Positions 18,751 to 27,447 of a stretch of 64,000 nt of DNA are shown here, piece after piece. The translations under genes were made by a program, and so were the position numbers. Origin of the DNA: an uncultured Anaerolineae bacterium (GTDB lineage: Bacteria > Chloroflexota > Anaerolineae > JACIWP01). The stretch lies in NCBI GenBank assembly GCA_938049385.1, contig CALIBQ010000035.1:21278-85277 (forward strand), given 5' to 3'. The notes beneath the pieces were generated by a model. It had not been told where the DNA came from. It ran no database searches and saw nothing but the letters and a program-made list of their open reading frames with translations. Within the stretch, counting starts at the first letter, position 1. Each line of letters opens with the position of its first letter.

Positions 18751-20528
18751 TCGCGCAGGAACCGCGCCGGCCATCACCCCTTGTTTTCATCCTGCTGGCC
18801 TACTTCATCCTGGCGGCCGCGTACAGCGTCGTCGTGCCGCTGGGTGAGGGGCCGGATGAGGCGCCGCATTTCACCGTCATCCGCTACATCGTCCAGCACC
18901 GGCACTTGCCGAGCACCGCGGAAGAGCATGAGGCTTTTCAGCCGCCGCTGTATTATCTCCTGGGCGCCGGCCTGACCCTCTGGGCAGATTACAGCGGTTA
19001 CACTATCAAGGCCAACGCCGATTATTCGCTGGAACCCGGCCGGCCGCACAATCTCTTGCTCCACACCTCCGAGGAATCCTGGCCGTACCGTGGGTGGGCG
19101 ATGGCCTGGCACATCCTGCGCCTGTTCTCCGTGCTCTGCGGCGCGCTCACGGTCTGGGCGGTGTACGCGCTGGGTCGCGCGGCCTTCCCAAACGAGCCTG
19201 CGGTGGCTGTGCTCATGGCCGGCATCACCGCCTTTACCCCCGGCTTCCTGTTCCTCTCCGCCATGGTCAACAACGACAACCTGGCCGCGGCGCTCAGCGC
19301 CTGCCTGCTCTGGCAGGCCGCCCAGGTCATGCGCGGCCGGCATGAAGGCTGGCGTATTGCCGGCCTGGGCATCGCCCTGGGGCTGGGCGTGCTGTCCAAG
19401 GCCAACGTGGGGCTGACCGCCGTGCCCATCGGTGCCGCCCTGGCCTATGCCGCCTGGCGGCGGGAAGGTAGCCTGCCGGGCACTATCCGGCGGGTACTGC
19501 GCTGGGGGGTAACAGCGGCCGGCCTGGCGCTGGCGGTCTGCGGCTGGTGGTTCTGGCACAACTATCAGGCACACGGCGACCTGACCGGCTGGTCGTTCAT
19601 CCTGCAGACCAACGCCCTGCGGGAAGGCCCGCTGACGCCGGCGGTGCTCTGGTGGCTGGCAAAGGGCCTGTTCACCTCGTTCTGGTTGCGATGGCAGGGG
19701 CTGGTACTGCCGGGCTGGATGTATGCGCTCCTGCTGGCGCTCTGCCTGACGGCGGCCGCCGGCTGGATTCGGCTGGTCCTGCGCCGGCGGTCCATTTTCC
19801 CCGAAACCTGGGCCATCCTGGCCATGCTGACCCTGCAGTCGCTGGTGGTGCTGGCCGCACTGCTCAAGTGGACCGCCACGGTGCTGGGCACCGACCAGGC
19901 GCGCCTGATATATCCAGCACTGCCGGCCATCGCTCTCTTTCTGGCGAAGGGTTTGCTGGCATGGGCGCCGGCGCGCTACCAACAAACCGCCGGCGGCGGC
20001 CTGGTTACCGCTTTCGCCGTCTTTGGCCTGTTCACCTTGTTCGCCGCTGTCGCGCCCACTTTCGCCCCTCCGACCCCCATTACCGTAGAGGCACTGCCGG
20101 CCGATACGGTGAAACAAGCCGTTCGGTTCCAGGGAGGCGATTCATCAGCGTCCATTGAGCTGATCGGATACCGACTGCGCACGCCGAAGGTGCGCGCCGG
20201 CGGCTGGGTGGTCTTTGACCTGTACTGGCGCGCCAGCGCGAGGATTCCCGGCGATATCTGGCTGTCCATCGCCCTGGCGCAGGATGTGGATCATCCGCTG
20301 GTGGTCAAGGATGGTTCGCCCTCCGCCGGCCGCGACACCACCGACCGCTGGCCGGCCGGCGTCATTATTCCCGCCGAGCACTGGTTGCGCGTGCCGGAAC
20401 ATGCCGCGCCCGGGGAATACACCCTCTGGCTGGGGCTACATCCATTCGGGAGCTGGGACTGGCTAAGACCATCTCCATCGCCCGACCCGTACCGCCTGCC
20501 GCTGGCCGCTGTCACTGTAACGCAGTAA
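18747..20528 (+). CDS. GT-C fold membrane glycosyltransferase-like protein (ArnT/PMT/DUF2142-like)
   Basis: GEGPDEAPHF acidic first loop, QPPLYY, VNNDNL, LSKA, ~11 TM; C-terminal beta domain homologous to that of the upstream gene (DLYW...WPAGVIIP...APGEYTLWLG). Confidence 0.8.
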   Translation: MIAQEPRRPSPLVFILLAYFILAAAYSVVVPLGEGPDEAPHFTVIRYIVQHRHLPSTAEEHEAFQPPLYYLLGAGLTLWADYSGYTIKANADYSLEPGRPHNLLLHTSEESWPYRGWAMAWHILRLFSVLCGALTVWAVYALGRAAFPNEPAVAVLMAGITAFTPGFLFLSAMVNNDNLAAALSACLLWQAAQVMRGRHEGWRIAGLGIALGLGVLSKANVGLTAVPIGAALAYAAWRREGSLPGTIRRVLRWGVTAAGLALAVCGWWFWHNYQAHGDLTGWSFILQTNALREGPLTPAVLWWLAKGLFTSFWLRWQGLVLPGWMYALLLALCLTAAAGWIRLVLRRRSIFPETWAILAMLTLQSLVVLAALLKWTATVLGTDQARLIYPALPAIALFLAKGLLAWAPARYQQTAGGGLVTAFAVFGLFTLFAAVAPTFAPPTPITVEALPADTVKQAVRFQGGDSSASIELIGYRLRTPKVRAGGWVVFDLYWRASARIPGDIWLSIALAQDVDHPLVVKDGSPSAGRDTTDRWPAGVIIPAEHWLRVPEHAAPGEYTLWLGLHPFGSWDWLRPSPSPDPYRLPLAAVTVTQ

Positions 20529-20533
20529 AATAA

Positions 20534-20568
20534 CAAAGGGGTGCAGTGAATTGTCCTGCACCCCTTTG
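20534..20568. terminator. Bidirectional intrinsic terminator
   Basis: Perfect 13-bp stem CAAAGGGGTGCAG / CTGCACCCCTTTG, flanked by an A-rich run, between convergent operons. Confidence 0.85.
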
Positions 20569-20590
20569 GACTGCGCATGGAGGCGGCCGG

Positions 20591-21925
20591 CTATTCGAGC
20601 TTGTCCTCCCAGCGGATGGGAGAGAAGGTCAGCCCGGTCAGCACCTTCGGGTAGAAGTCGGTGGACTTCTGCGGCATCTTCTCCCCTTTCGCCGCGCAAG
20701 CGGCTACCTGCTGAGGCTTGGTGGGGTTCAGCAGGAAGAGGAAGTTAGCCTCGCCGGCGGCCACCGCGGTGTAGCCCGGGCCGGGATCGCGCAGGTAGTC
20801 AATGTTCTCCTTGCGCTCGATGCTCTCCTTGGTCAGCCCCATGATGTGCTCCAGGATAAGCTCATGCAGGATAGAGACATCCAGGGCCTTCCACTCCGGC
20901 GCGCGCGGTTCCTTGACCACCTGGTCCATGGCCGAGAGGTCGCGCAGGGTCAGCAGGTAATACCCCTTGCCGTCGTAGAAGCCGATGACATGCGCCTGAT
21001 TCGCCAGCTCCCGCATCCGGGCTTCCAGCGCCTCGCGGCTGGGCAGTTCCTGCACGTCGAAGTACTGGCGGGCCTTGTCGAGGATTTCGCCGGCGCTCAT
21101 GTGGGTGTACGAATGGATCAAACGGTGCGTCGGCAGGATCACCAGGCCGGGGTCGCTCATGCTGACCAGCGTAGCCATGACGTAGTTGAAGGCGTGCTGT
21201 TCAGTCCAGTCCGGATGCTTGGCGCGCATCTCATCGCGATAGGCCAGCGCCGTCTCGTAGCGGTGATGGCCGTCCGCAATAATGAGATTGCGCTTGGGTG
21301 CCATCTCCTGCTGGATGGCCGCCAGCACTTTCGGGTCATCAATCACCCAGACCTTGTGCCGCACATCCGACTCACCCACCGCCACCGCGTCGATGTCCGG
21401 CTCCCGCGTGATGTATGGGTCCAGCAGTTGATTGATGCGGTTCTCCGGGTCCGGATACAGGATGAAGATCTGTCCCAGGTGAACCTCCATGGCCCGCAGG
21501 AGGTTCAGGCGGTCCACTTTCGGCCCGGAAAGGGTGCGTTCGTGCGGCAGGATGGTGCCCTCGTCAAAGGGCACCAGCTTGATCATCCCGATGATGCCGC
21601 GCCGCGCCAGGCGGTCGTCCGTGCCCGGGACGGTGAACTCCTCGGTGTAAGCGTAGAAGCACGGCTTGGGGTCCCGGGCTAGCACGCCCTCTTTCAACCA
21701 ATCGTCGAAGTACTTGCGGGCGCGGGTGTAGACGTTGTTGGTCTCGTTGTCATCGGGGAAGCGCTTGCCCAGGCTCATCCGCACGACGTTGTACGGGGAC
21801 AGGTTGTAGTATGTCTCCTGCAGTTTCTCGTCAATGCGGTCGTAGGGCAGGGCAATGACTTTGTCCAGCGGCCCGACTTTGGCGGGATTATAGCGTACTG
21901 CTCGGAAAGATTTTACAACGGCCAT
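20591..21925 (-). CDS. DUF1015 family protein (ParB/Srx-like fold; candidate free-serine kinase)
   Basis: PYD, ILPHERTL, IIADGHHRYETA, LPTHRL, MPQKSTDFYPK; last gene of the riboswitch-led operon. Confidence 0.88.
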   Translation of the reverse strand: MAVVKSFRAVRYNPAKVGPLDKVIALPYDRIDEKLQETYYNLSPYNVVRMSLGKRFPDDNETNNVYTRARKYFDDWLKEGVLARDPKPCFYAYTEEFTVPGTDDRLARRGIIGMIKLVPFDEGTILPHERTLSGPKVDRLNLLRAMEVHLGQIFILYPDPENRINQLLDPYITREPDIDAVAVGESDVRHKVWVIDDPKVLAAIQQEMAPKRNLIIADGHHRYETALAYRDEMRAKHPDWTEQHAFNYVMATLVSMSDPGLVILPTHRLIHSYTHMSAGEILDKARQYFDVQELPSREALEARMRELANQAHVIGFYDGKGYYLLTLRDLSAMDQVVKEPRAPEWKALDVSILHELILEHIMGLTKESIERKENIDYLRDPGPGYTAVAAGEANFLFLLNPTKPQQVAACAAKGEKMPQKSTDFYPKVLTGLTFSPIRWEDKLE

Positions 21926-21956
21926 GAGCTACTCCTCTGGCGAAAGATATCAGGCA

Positions 21957-22865
21957 TCAGCCGGCATGCGCCTTGGCGAACTCGATGACGATGCTGGCCA
22001 CTTCATCGCCCACCCGGTCCTGGGCCTCTTTGGTCTGCGCGCCGATGTGCGGCGAGCAGATGACATTCGGATGGGAGACCAAGGCCATGTTGTTGGTCGG
22101 CTCTTCGGCGAAGACGTCAAGGGCCGCGCCGGCGACCTTGCCGCTGTTCAGCGCTTCCAGCAGGGCTTCCTCATCCACGGTGCCGCCGCGCCCGCAGTGG
22201 ACGATGTACACGCCGTCCTTCATCATGGCGAACTGCTCCCGGCTCAGCATGTTGGCCGTCTCCGGGGTCAGCGGGACATGCATGGAGATAAAGTCGGAGG
22301 TGCGGAGCAGTTCCTCCAGCGGGACCTGGCGGGCACCCGGCATTTCCGTGGGCGTGCGGCGGTAGAAGATGCAGTTCATGCCCAGGGCATTGGCGCGTTT
22401 GATGAGCTCCGCGCCGATGCGGCCGGCGCCGATGACACCCAGGGTCTTGCCGGCCAGCTCGATGCCCTCAAACTGCTTCTTCTCCCACTTGCCGGCCTTC
22501 ATCGAGGCAGTGGCCTGCGGGATACTGCGCGCCAGCGCGAACATAAAGCCCAGCGCCAGCTCCGCCACCGAGGCCGAGGAAGCCGCCGGCGTGTTCATGA
22601 CCTTGATGCCCTTCGCCTCGGCATATTCGACATCAATGTTGTCCAAGCCGACGCCGCCGCGCACGATGAGCTTCATGTCCGTCGCGGCGTCAATGGCCGG
22701 CTTACGGAACTTGGTGGCCGAGCGGACAATGGCCACGTGGAAGCCGGGCACCGTAGCAACCAGCTCCTCCGGGGTCATGCCGGTTTTGACGACGACCTCC
22801 AGGCCGGCGTCCCGCATGGCCTGCACGGCGCTGTCTGCCAGCTTATCACATACCAGAACCTTCAT
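21957..22865 (-). CDS. serA: D-3-phosphoglycerate dehydrogenase / D-2-hydroxyacid dehydrogenase (short form, no ACT domain)
   Basis: RSATK, RGGVGLDNID, NTPAASSASVAE, GKTLGVIGAGRIG, HVPLTPET, RGGTVDE, ALDVFAEEP, PHIGAQTKEAQ. Confidence 0.85.
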   Translation of the reverse strand: MKVLVCDKLADSAVQAMRDAGLEVVVKTGMTPEELVATVPGFHVAIVRSATKFRKPAIDAATDMKLIVRGGVGLDNIDVEYAEAKGIKVMNTPAASSASVAELALGFMFALARSIPQATASMKAGKWEKKQFEGIELAGKTLGVIGAGRIGAELIKRANALGMNCIFYRRTPTEMPGARQVPLEELLRTSDFISMHVPLTPETANMLSREQFAMMKDGVYIVHCGRGGTVDEEALLEALNSGKVAGAALDVFAEEPTNNMALVSHPNVICSPHIGAQTKEAQDRVGDEVASIVIEFAKAHAG

Positions 22866-22893
22866 CTCGATCCCTCCTTATCCCGTCACACCT

Positions 22894-23961
22894 TCAGCTC
22901 AGCTTGAGGATGTCTTCGATCTGGGCGGTGAGCCAGCGCAGATCGTCCAGGGTCAGGTCGCCCATATGCGCGATGCGGAAGCACTTGCCCTTCAGCGGGC
23001 CGTAGCCGTCGGAAATCATGGCGCCGCGCCGGCCCAACTCGTCGTTGAGCGCCTTGATGTCCACCTCGCGGGTGTTGACGATGTTGGTGACGGTGAGGGA
23101 GAGATAGCGCTCGTCGGAGAACAGCGCCCAGTACTTGCGCGCCCAATCCTGGACGAACTTCGCCATGTCCTTGTGGCGCTGCCAGCGGTTCTCCAGGCCT
23201 TCCGCCAGGATGTCGTCCATCTGCTTGTTGAGCGCCTGGATGAGGCTGATGGCCGGCGTCGCCGGGGTCTGATTCTTCTGATAGAATTTGTACATGTCAA
23301 TGAAGTCGAAATACAGGCCGCGATACGGCACCGTCTCCGCCTTCTTGAGCGCCTTCTCGCTGACCGCGCAGACGGTCAGTCCGGGCGGCAGGGCAAAGCA
23401 CTTCTGCACGCCGGCCAGCAGGACGTCGATGCCCAGCCGGTCGAACTCGATCTTGACGCCGGCCATGGAGCTGACCGAGTCCACCAGAAACATAACGTCA
23501 GGGTATTTCTTCATCACCTCGGCGATTTCCTCGATGGGGTTCATGACGCCGGTGGAGGTCTCGTTGTGCACCACGGTTACAGCGTCATACTGGCCGGTGG
23601 CCAGCTTCTCGTCAATCATCTCGGGCAGGACGGCTTTGCCAATGGGAACTTCGAGGACATCGCAGTCCTTGCCGTTGGCCTTGGTGATCTCATGCCAGCG
23701 GCGGGAGAACTCGCCGCAGACGGTGTTGAGGCACTTCTTGGCCACGCAGTTGCGGATGGCCGCTTCCATGACACCGGTGGACGATGAGGCGAAGAGGAAC
23801 ACCGGTTGGGTGGTGTAGAGCAGTTTCTGGAGCTTCGGGGTGACCGCGGCCTGCAGGTCGGAGTACTCTTTGGCGCGGTGGCCAATCATCGGGACGGCCT
23901 GCGCCTGCAGGATTTCCTCACGCACATGGGTTGGGCCAGGGATAAAGAGCTTCTTGTACAT
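22894..23961 (-). CDS. Class V PLP aminotransferase (serine-pyruvate / alanine-glyoxylate / phosphoserine type)
   Basis: FIPGPT, IGHR, SSSTGVMEAA, VHNETSTG, VDSVSS, GVQKCFALPPGL (PLP Lys), TPATPA, FRIAHMG. Confidence 0.92.
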   Translation of the reverse strand: MYKKLFIPGPTHVREEILQAQAVPMIGHRAKEYSDLQAAVTPKLQKLLYTTQPVFLFASSSTGVMEAAIRNCVAKKCLNTVCGEFSRRWHEITKANGKDCDVLEVPIGKAVLPEMIDEKLATGQYDAVTVVHNETSTGVMNPIEEIAEVMKKYPDVMFLVDSVSSMAGVKIEFDRLGIDVLLAGVQKCFALPPGLTVCAVSEKALKKAETVPYRGLYFDFIDMYKFYQKNQTPATPAISLIQALNKQMDDILAEGLENRWQRHKDMAKFVQDWARKYWALFSDERYLSLTVTNIVNTREVDIKALNDELGRRGAMISDGYGPLKGKCFRIAHMGDLTLDDLRWLTAQIEDILKLS

Positions 23962-24050
23962 CGGAACCCTCCTTGTGTGAAATAATCAGGAAACGCCTCG
24001 TGTTATGGCTGAACCGGCAGGGTATGCCGGCGAAACCCCTCGGCCGCTCC

Positions 24051-24091
24051 AAACAAAAAGTGGGAACAGGAAACCTGCACCTGTATCCCAC
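24051..24091 (-). terminator. Riboswitch expression-platform terminator
   Basis: Minus strand GTGGGA-TACAGG...CCTGT-TCCCAC followed by TTTTTGTTT. Its 5' arm overlaps the 3' strand of aptamer-2 P1. Confidence 0.8.
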
Positions 24092-24294
24092 TCTGTCCCT
24101 GGACCTGAGAGATTTCCCCAGAGGTGGTATGCGGCATGGGAAACTGGGGTTGCCCCTTCGGTGTGGCGTCCACACTGCGTGGCGCCAGCTCTCCAGAGTG
24201 CGCCTCAACGCGATCCTTTTGCCTGAGAGTTTAGCAGGTGCGCTTGCCATTCCCCTTCGGCGGCCGGCCAGGCCGGCACTCTCTCGCGCTGAGG
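24089..24294 (-). ncRNA. Tandem glycine riboswitch
   Basis: Minus strand aptamer 1: P1 CCTCAGCGCG/CGCGTTGAGG, GAGAG...GCCGAAGGGG...AAACTCTCAGGCAAAAGGA. Aptamer 2: CACTCTGGAGAG...CACCGAAGGGGCAA...AATCTCTCAGGT...GACAGAGTG. These are hallmark glycine aptamer conserved strings. Confidence 0.92.
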
Positions 24295-24340
24295 TGTAAA
24301 TATGCACTTGATGAGATAAAGCTTCAACTAACCCACTATA

Positions 24341-24369
24341 AGTGTACCACAACCTGGCAAACTTGTCAA
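24341..24369 (-). promoter_or_regulatory. sigma70 promoter upstream of glycine riboswitch
   Basis: Minus strand TTGACA-N17-TACACT with TGn. Confidence 0.75.
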
Positions 24370-24422
24370 CGTCGGGTCTGGGATAGTTTTGTGCCCCTCC
24401 CGACACCCCCTCAATGCAGACA

Positions 24423-24451
24423 TTGACATACTTCGGAAAAGCCCATATACT
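24423..24451 (+). promoter_or_regulatory. sigma70 promoter of two-component operon
   Basis: TTGACA-N17-TATACT. Confidence 0.7.
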
Positions 24452-24569
24452 GTATATTGACATGCGAGACGCTCCTCGCTGTACATAGGAACAATCACTG
24501 AGTGCAATAAGGTATCTGGCCGGGCCGGCCATCCACGCGCGGGGAAGGTCTCCAAGGAGATCCCTTCAT

Positions 24570-26168
24570 ATGAATCTCGCAGTGCTCCTCGAGGAACAGA
24601 GGAACGCCATCGCCCAACGTTGGGCGGAGCTGATCCAGCGCGAGATGCCGCATACGCGATACGGCCAATGCGATATCGAACAGATCACCTATTTCAATCA
24701 CGTCGCCATTGACCTTATCCTGTCGCTGATGCGTTCCCCCAATACCCTCCCTTCCTGGATCTTTGATGAACCGCGTCGAAAATATCTGGCGTTGGGTGTT
24801 CCGCTGAGCGATGTGATCGAATCTGGCCTGCTCCTGCAGGAGACGTTGTGCAAGGAGGTACTGCAGGGCGCCGGCGAAACGGTGTACCGCGACATCCTCC
24901 CCGAACTCCAGTATATGGTGCGCAAATTCGTCACCCTGGTCGTGGATTACTACGCCGGTCAGCTCAATCTCCAGCTCGAGGAGCAGCGCGCCCGCTTGGC
25001 CTTTCTTCTGGACATCATCCGCCGTGCCAGCCGCACCCTCTCCGTCGAACAGCAGATTGACCTCGCGATTCAGAGCCTGAAGTCGGCGATAGGCACCGAG
25101 TACGGCATGCTCTATGTCATGAACGAGGAGCGCACCGCCGGCATCTTGCGAGGCGATATTGACGCCTTCCCTCCATCCCGGGACCCCAGTGTTCGAGAAT
25201 CGTTCCGCTATCCGCTTCCCCTTGCGAACACCGTCTTCACCCGCAAAGTGGCTGCTACCGGCCGGCCGGTCATCTATCAGGAAGAAGCCCCGGAGCGGGC
25301 GGATGACGAGATCGTCCAAACCTGTAGAAGATGGGATGTCCGCGCCATGCTGGGCATCCCATTCGTCGTGGAAGAGCGTATAGTCGCGGTGGGCCTGCTG
25401 TTTTCCACTGCCTCATCCGCTCTCATTTCTGACGAAAGGGTCGACCTGGCGGTGGATATCGCCAAGGCATTGGCGCCGGCGCTGGCCAATGCCCTGCTCC
25501 ACCAGCGTGTGAAGCAGTTGGCCATCATTGAGGAGCGGACCCGCCTGGCGCAGGAGCTTCACGATGACCTGGCGCAACTGCTCGGTGTCATGCAGTTGAA
25601 GGCCTCTCTGGCGGAACAACTGCTTGTCGAGGGCGATCTGAACCGGACGCTATCGCTACTGCTGGAGCTCCAAGAGACATTGAGCAAAGCGTATATTGAT
25701 ATGCGGGAGATCATCTTCAATCTGCGGGTCGCCGGCGCCGGCGGCAAAGCTCCGCTCCTGCCGGCGCTCCAGGAATACCTGGCGGACCTGAAGCGCTATT
25801 ACGGCATTGATGTCCTGCTGGAGGTCCGAGGATCGGTCACTGCCCAGCTCTCCGACCAAGAGCGCCTTCAGGTTATCCGCATCATTCAAGAGGCGCTGAC
25901 CAACGCCCGCAAGCATGCCAGCGCTACCCAGATCGGCCTGCGCCTATCCCAGGACCTGCATGCCTTGAGAATCTGCGTTAAGGACAACGGTCTGGGGTTT
26001 GACCCGACCCAGCTCGAGGATATCGGCAAAGAGCGGTTCGGACTGCAGGTCATGCGCGAGCGTGCCGCCAGCATCGGCGCCTCCATCGCCCTTTACTCAC
26101 AGCCCGGCCAGGGAACGCGGCTCACGCTGGAACTGCCGCTGACCGCCGGCCGAGGAGGTCCGCAGTGA
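24570..26168 (+). CDS. Soluble NarX/LiaS-type histidine kinase (N-terminal RsbRD_N/globin-like helical domain, GAF, HisKA_3, HATPase)
   Basis: EERTRLAQELHDDLAQ H-box, QEALTNARKHASA, KDNGLGFD, FGLQVMRERA, PGQGT; no TM segments. Confidence 0.9.
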   Translation: MNLAVLLEEQRNAIAQRWAELIQREMPHTRYGQCDIEQITYFNHVAIDLILSLMRSPNTLPSWIFDEPRRKYLALGVPLSDVIESGLLLQETLCKEVLQGAGETVYRDILPELQYMVRKFVTLVVDYYAGQLNLQLEEQRARLAFLLDIIRRASRTLSVEQQIDLAIQSLKSAIGTEYGMLYVMNEERTAGILRGDIDAFPPSRDPSVRESFRYPLPLANTVFTRKVAATGRPVIYQEEAPERADDEIVQTCRRWDVRAMLGIPFVVEERIVAVGLLFSTASSALISDERVDLAVDIAKALAPALANALLHQRVKQLAIIEERTRLAQELHDDLAQLLGVMQLKASLAEQLLVEGDLNRTLSLLLELQETLSKAYIDMREIIFNLRVAGAGGKAPLLPALQEYLADLKRYYGIDVLLEVRGSVTAQLSDQERLQVIRIIQEALTNARKHASATQIGLRLSQDLHALRICVKDNGLGFDPTQLEDIGKERFGLQVMRERAASIGASIALYSQPGQGTRLTLELPLTAGRGGPQ

Positions 26169-26830
26169 GTGCATCCATACGAGTTCTGGTGGTGGATGAC
26201 CATTTGCTGTTCCGCCGCGGTGTCCTGGCGGCCCTGGCTTCACGCCCTCACATCGAAGTGGTCGGGGAGGCCGGCGACGGCGAGGAAGCCGTCCGACTGG
26301 CGCGCCAGACCCAACCCGATGTCATCCTCATGGATATCGCCATGCCGGTATGCAGTGGGTTGGAGGCCACCCGCCAGATCAAGCGCGAACTGCCGCGGGT
26401 GAAGATCATTATGCTCACGGTTTCCGAGGAAGATGAGGCGCTCTTCGAAGCGATCCGCGCCGGCGCCGAGGGCTATCTGCTCAAAGACCTAAAGGTCAAC
26501 CAGCTTTTCGACGCCATCGAATCCGTGGTGCGCGGCGAGGCCCCGCTTTCCGGCGCCATCGCCGCCAAAATCCTGCGGGAGTTTCAGCGCTCGGCCCCTG
26601 CGCATGCCGCCGCATCGGGGCTTCCCGAGGCTCTCTCCGACAGGGAGATCGAAATCCTCACCCTGGTCGGTCAGGGCTTGTCCAATAAGGAAATCGCCGA
26701 GCGGCTGTACATTTCCGAGAGCACGGTGAAGAATCATCTGCGTACCATCCTGGACAAACTGCATCTCCGCAACCGCATCCAGGCCGCCATCTACGCCGCA
26801 CGCATCGGCCTGGTCAAAGACGTGCTCTGA
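26165..26830 (+). CDS. NarL/LuxR-family response regulator
   Basis: VLVVDDH, PDVILMDIAMP, GYLLKD, LSDREIEIL...GLSNKEIAERLYISESTVKNH; GTG start overlapping the kinase stop. Confidence 0.95.
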   Translation: MSASIRVLVVDDHLLFRRGVLAALASRPHIEVVGEAGDGEEAVRLARQTQPDVILMDIAMPVCSGLEATRQIKRELPRVKIIMLTVSEEDEALFEAIRAGAEGYLLKDLKVNQLFDAIESVVRGEAPLSGAIAAKILREFQRSAPAHAAASGLPEALSDREIEILTLVGQGLSNKEIAERLYISESTVKNHLRTILDKLHLRNRIQAAIYAARIGLVKDVL

Positions 26831-26846
26831 CCTTCCGCCATCCCTT

Positions 26847-26885
26847 TTGTCCAAAAGTACTATTGCGATTTGTCCATTTGGGCAA
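26847..26885. promoter_or_regulatory. Two 16-bp imperfect palindromes, candidate NarL-family binding sites
   Basis: TTGTCCAAAAGTACTA (26847-26862) and TTGTCCATTTGGGCAA (26870-26885), upstream of a TACAAT -10 (26930-26935) that lacks a good -35. Confidence 0.4.
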
Positions 26886-27018
26886 TCAATTTGGGCCGGC
26901 AGGACCTTCCCAACGGCCTGCTACACCGCTACAATATCCGCAGACGCAGAGGTAATCCCCATCGTTCTTGCTTCGTCCTGCCCGGGCGTTGGTCCGTTAC
27001 AAGCGTGGGGTGATTGGA

Positions 27019-27423
27019 ATGGTCCTTGAGCCGGCGCCGGCTAACCATACACCCCAACCTCCAGCACGACCGCGCGTGTTACTGCTGGCGGACGAGACCG
27101 TGCTTACCACGGGGCTCCGCGACCTGCTCAAGGAACGGGTCGAGCTAAAGGTTCTGCAAGCACACCAGCCGGAAGAGGAAATCACCGCCCACGTCCTGGA
27201 TTGGCAGCCCGATGTTATCTTGCTAACCTCACTGCCGGCCGCTTCCCTTCCATGTCCATGGGAGTGGGTGCGCCGGCTGAAGCACAAACACTGCTACCTG
27301 ATTCGACTGCCGCTACAGGACAATTCTATCGACGTTTGCGATGTCCAAACCCTGACTATCACCGACCTGGAGGCGCTGGTGCGGTTGATCGCCGCTAGGC
27401 CGGCCAGCGATACAAACCCATAA
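27019..27423 (+). CDS. Hypothetical protein with degenerate receiver-like fold
   Basis: RVLLLADE...GLRDLL...WQPDVILLT resembles REC beta1-beta3, but the phospho-Asp position is Thr. Confidence 0.6.
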   Translation: MVLEPAPANHTPQPPARPRVLLLADETVLTTGLRDLLKERVELKVLQAHQPEEEITAHVLDWQPDVILLTSLPAASLPCPWEWVRRLKHKHCYLIRLPLQDNSIDVCDVQTLTITDLEALVRLIAARPASDTNP

Positions 27424-27447
27424 CCAACATGCTCAGGAGACAGTGCA

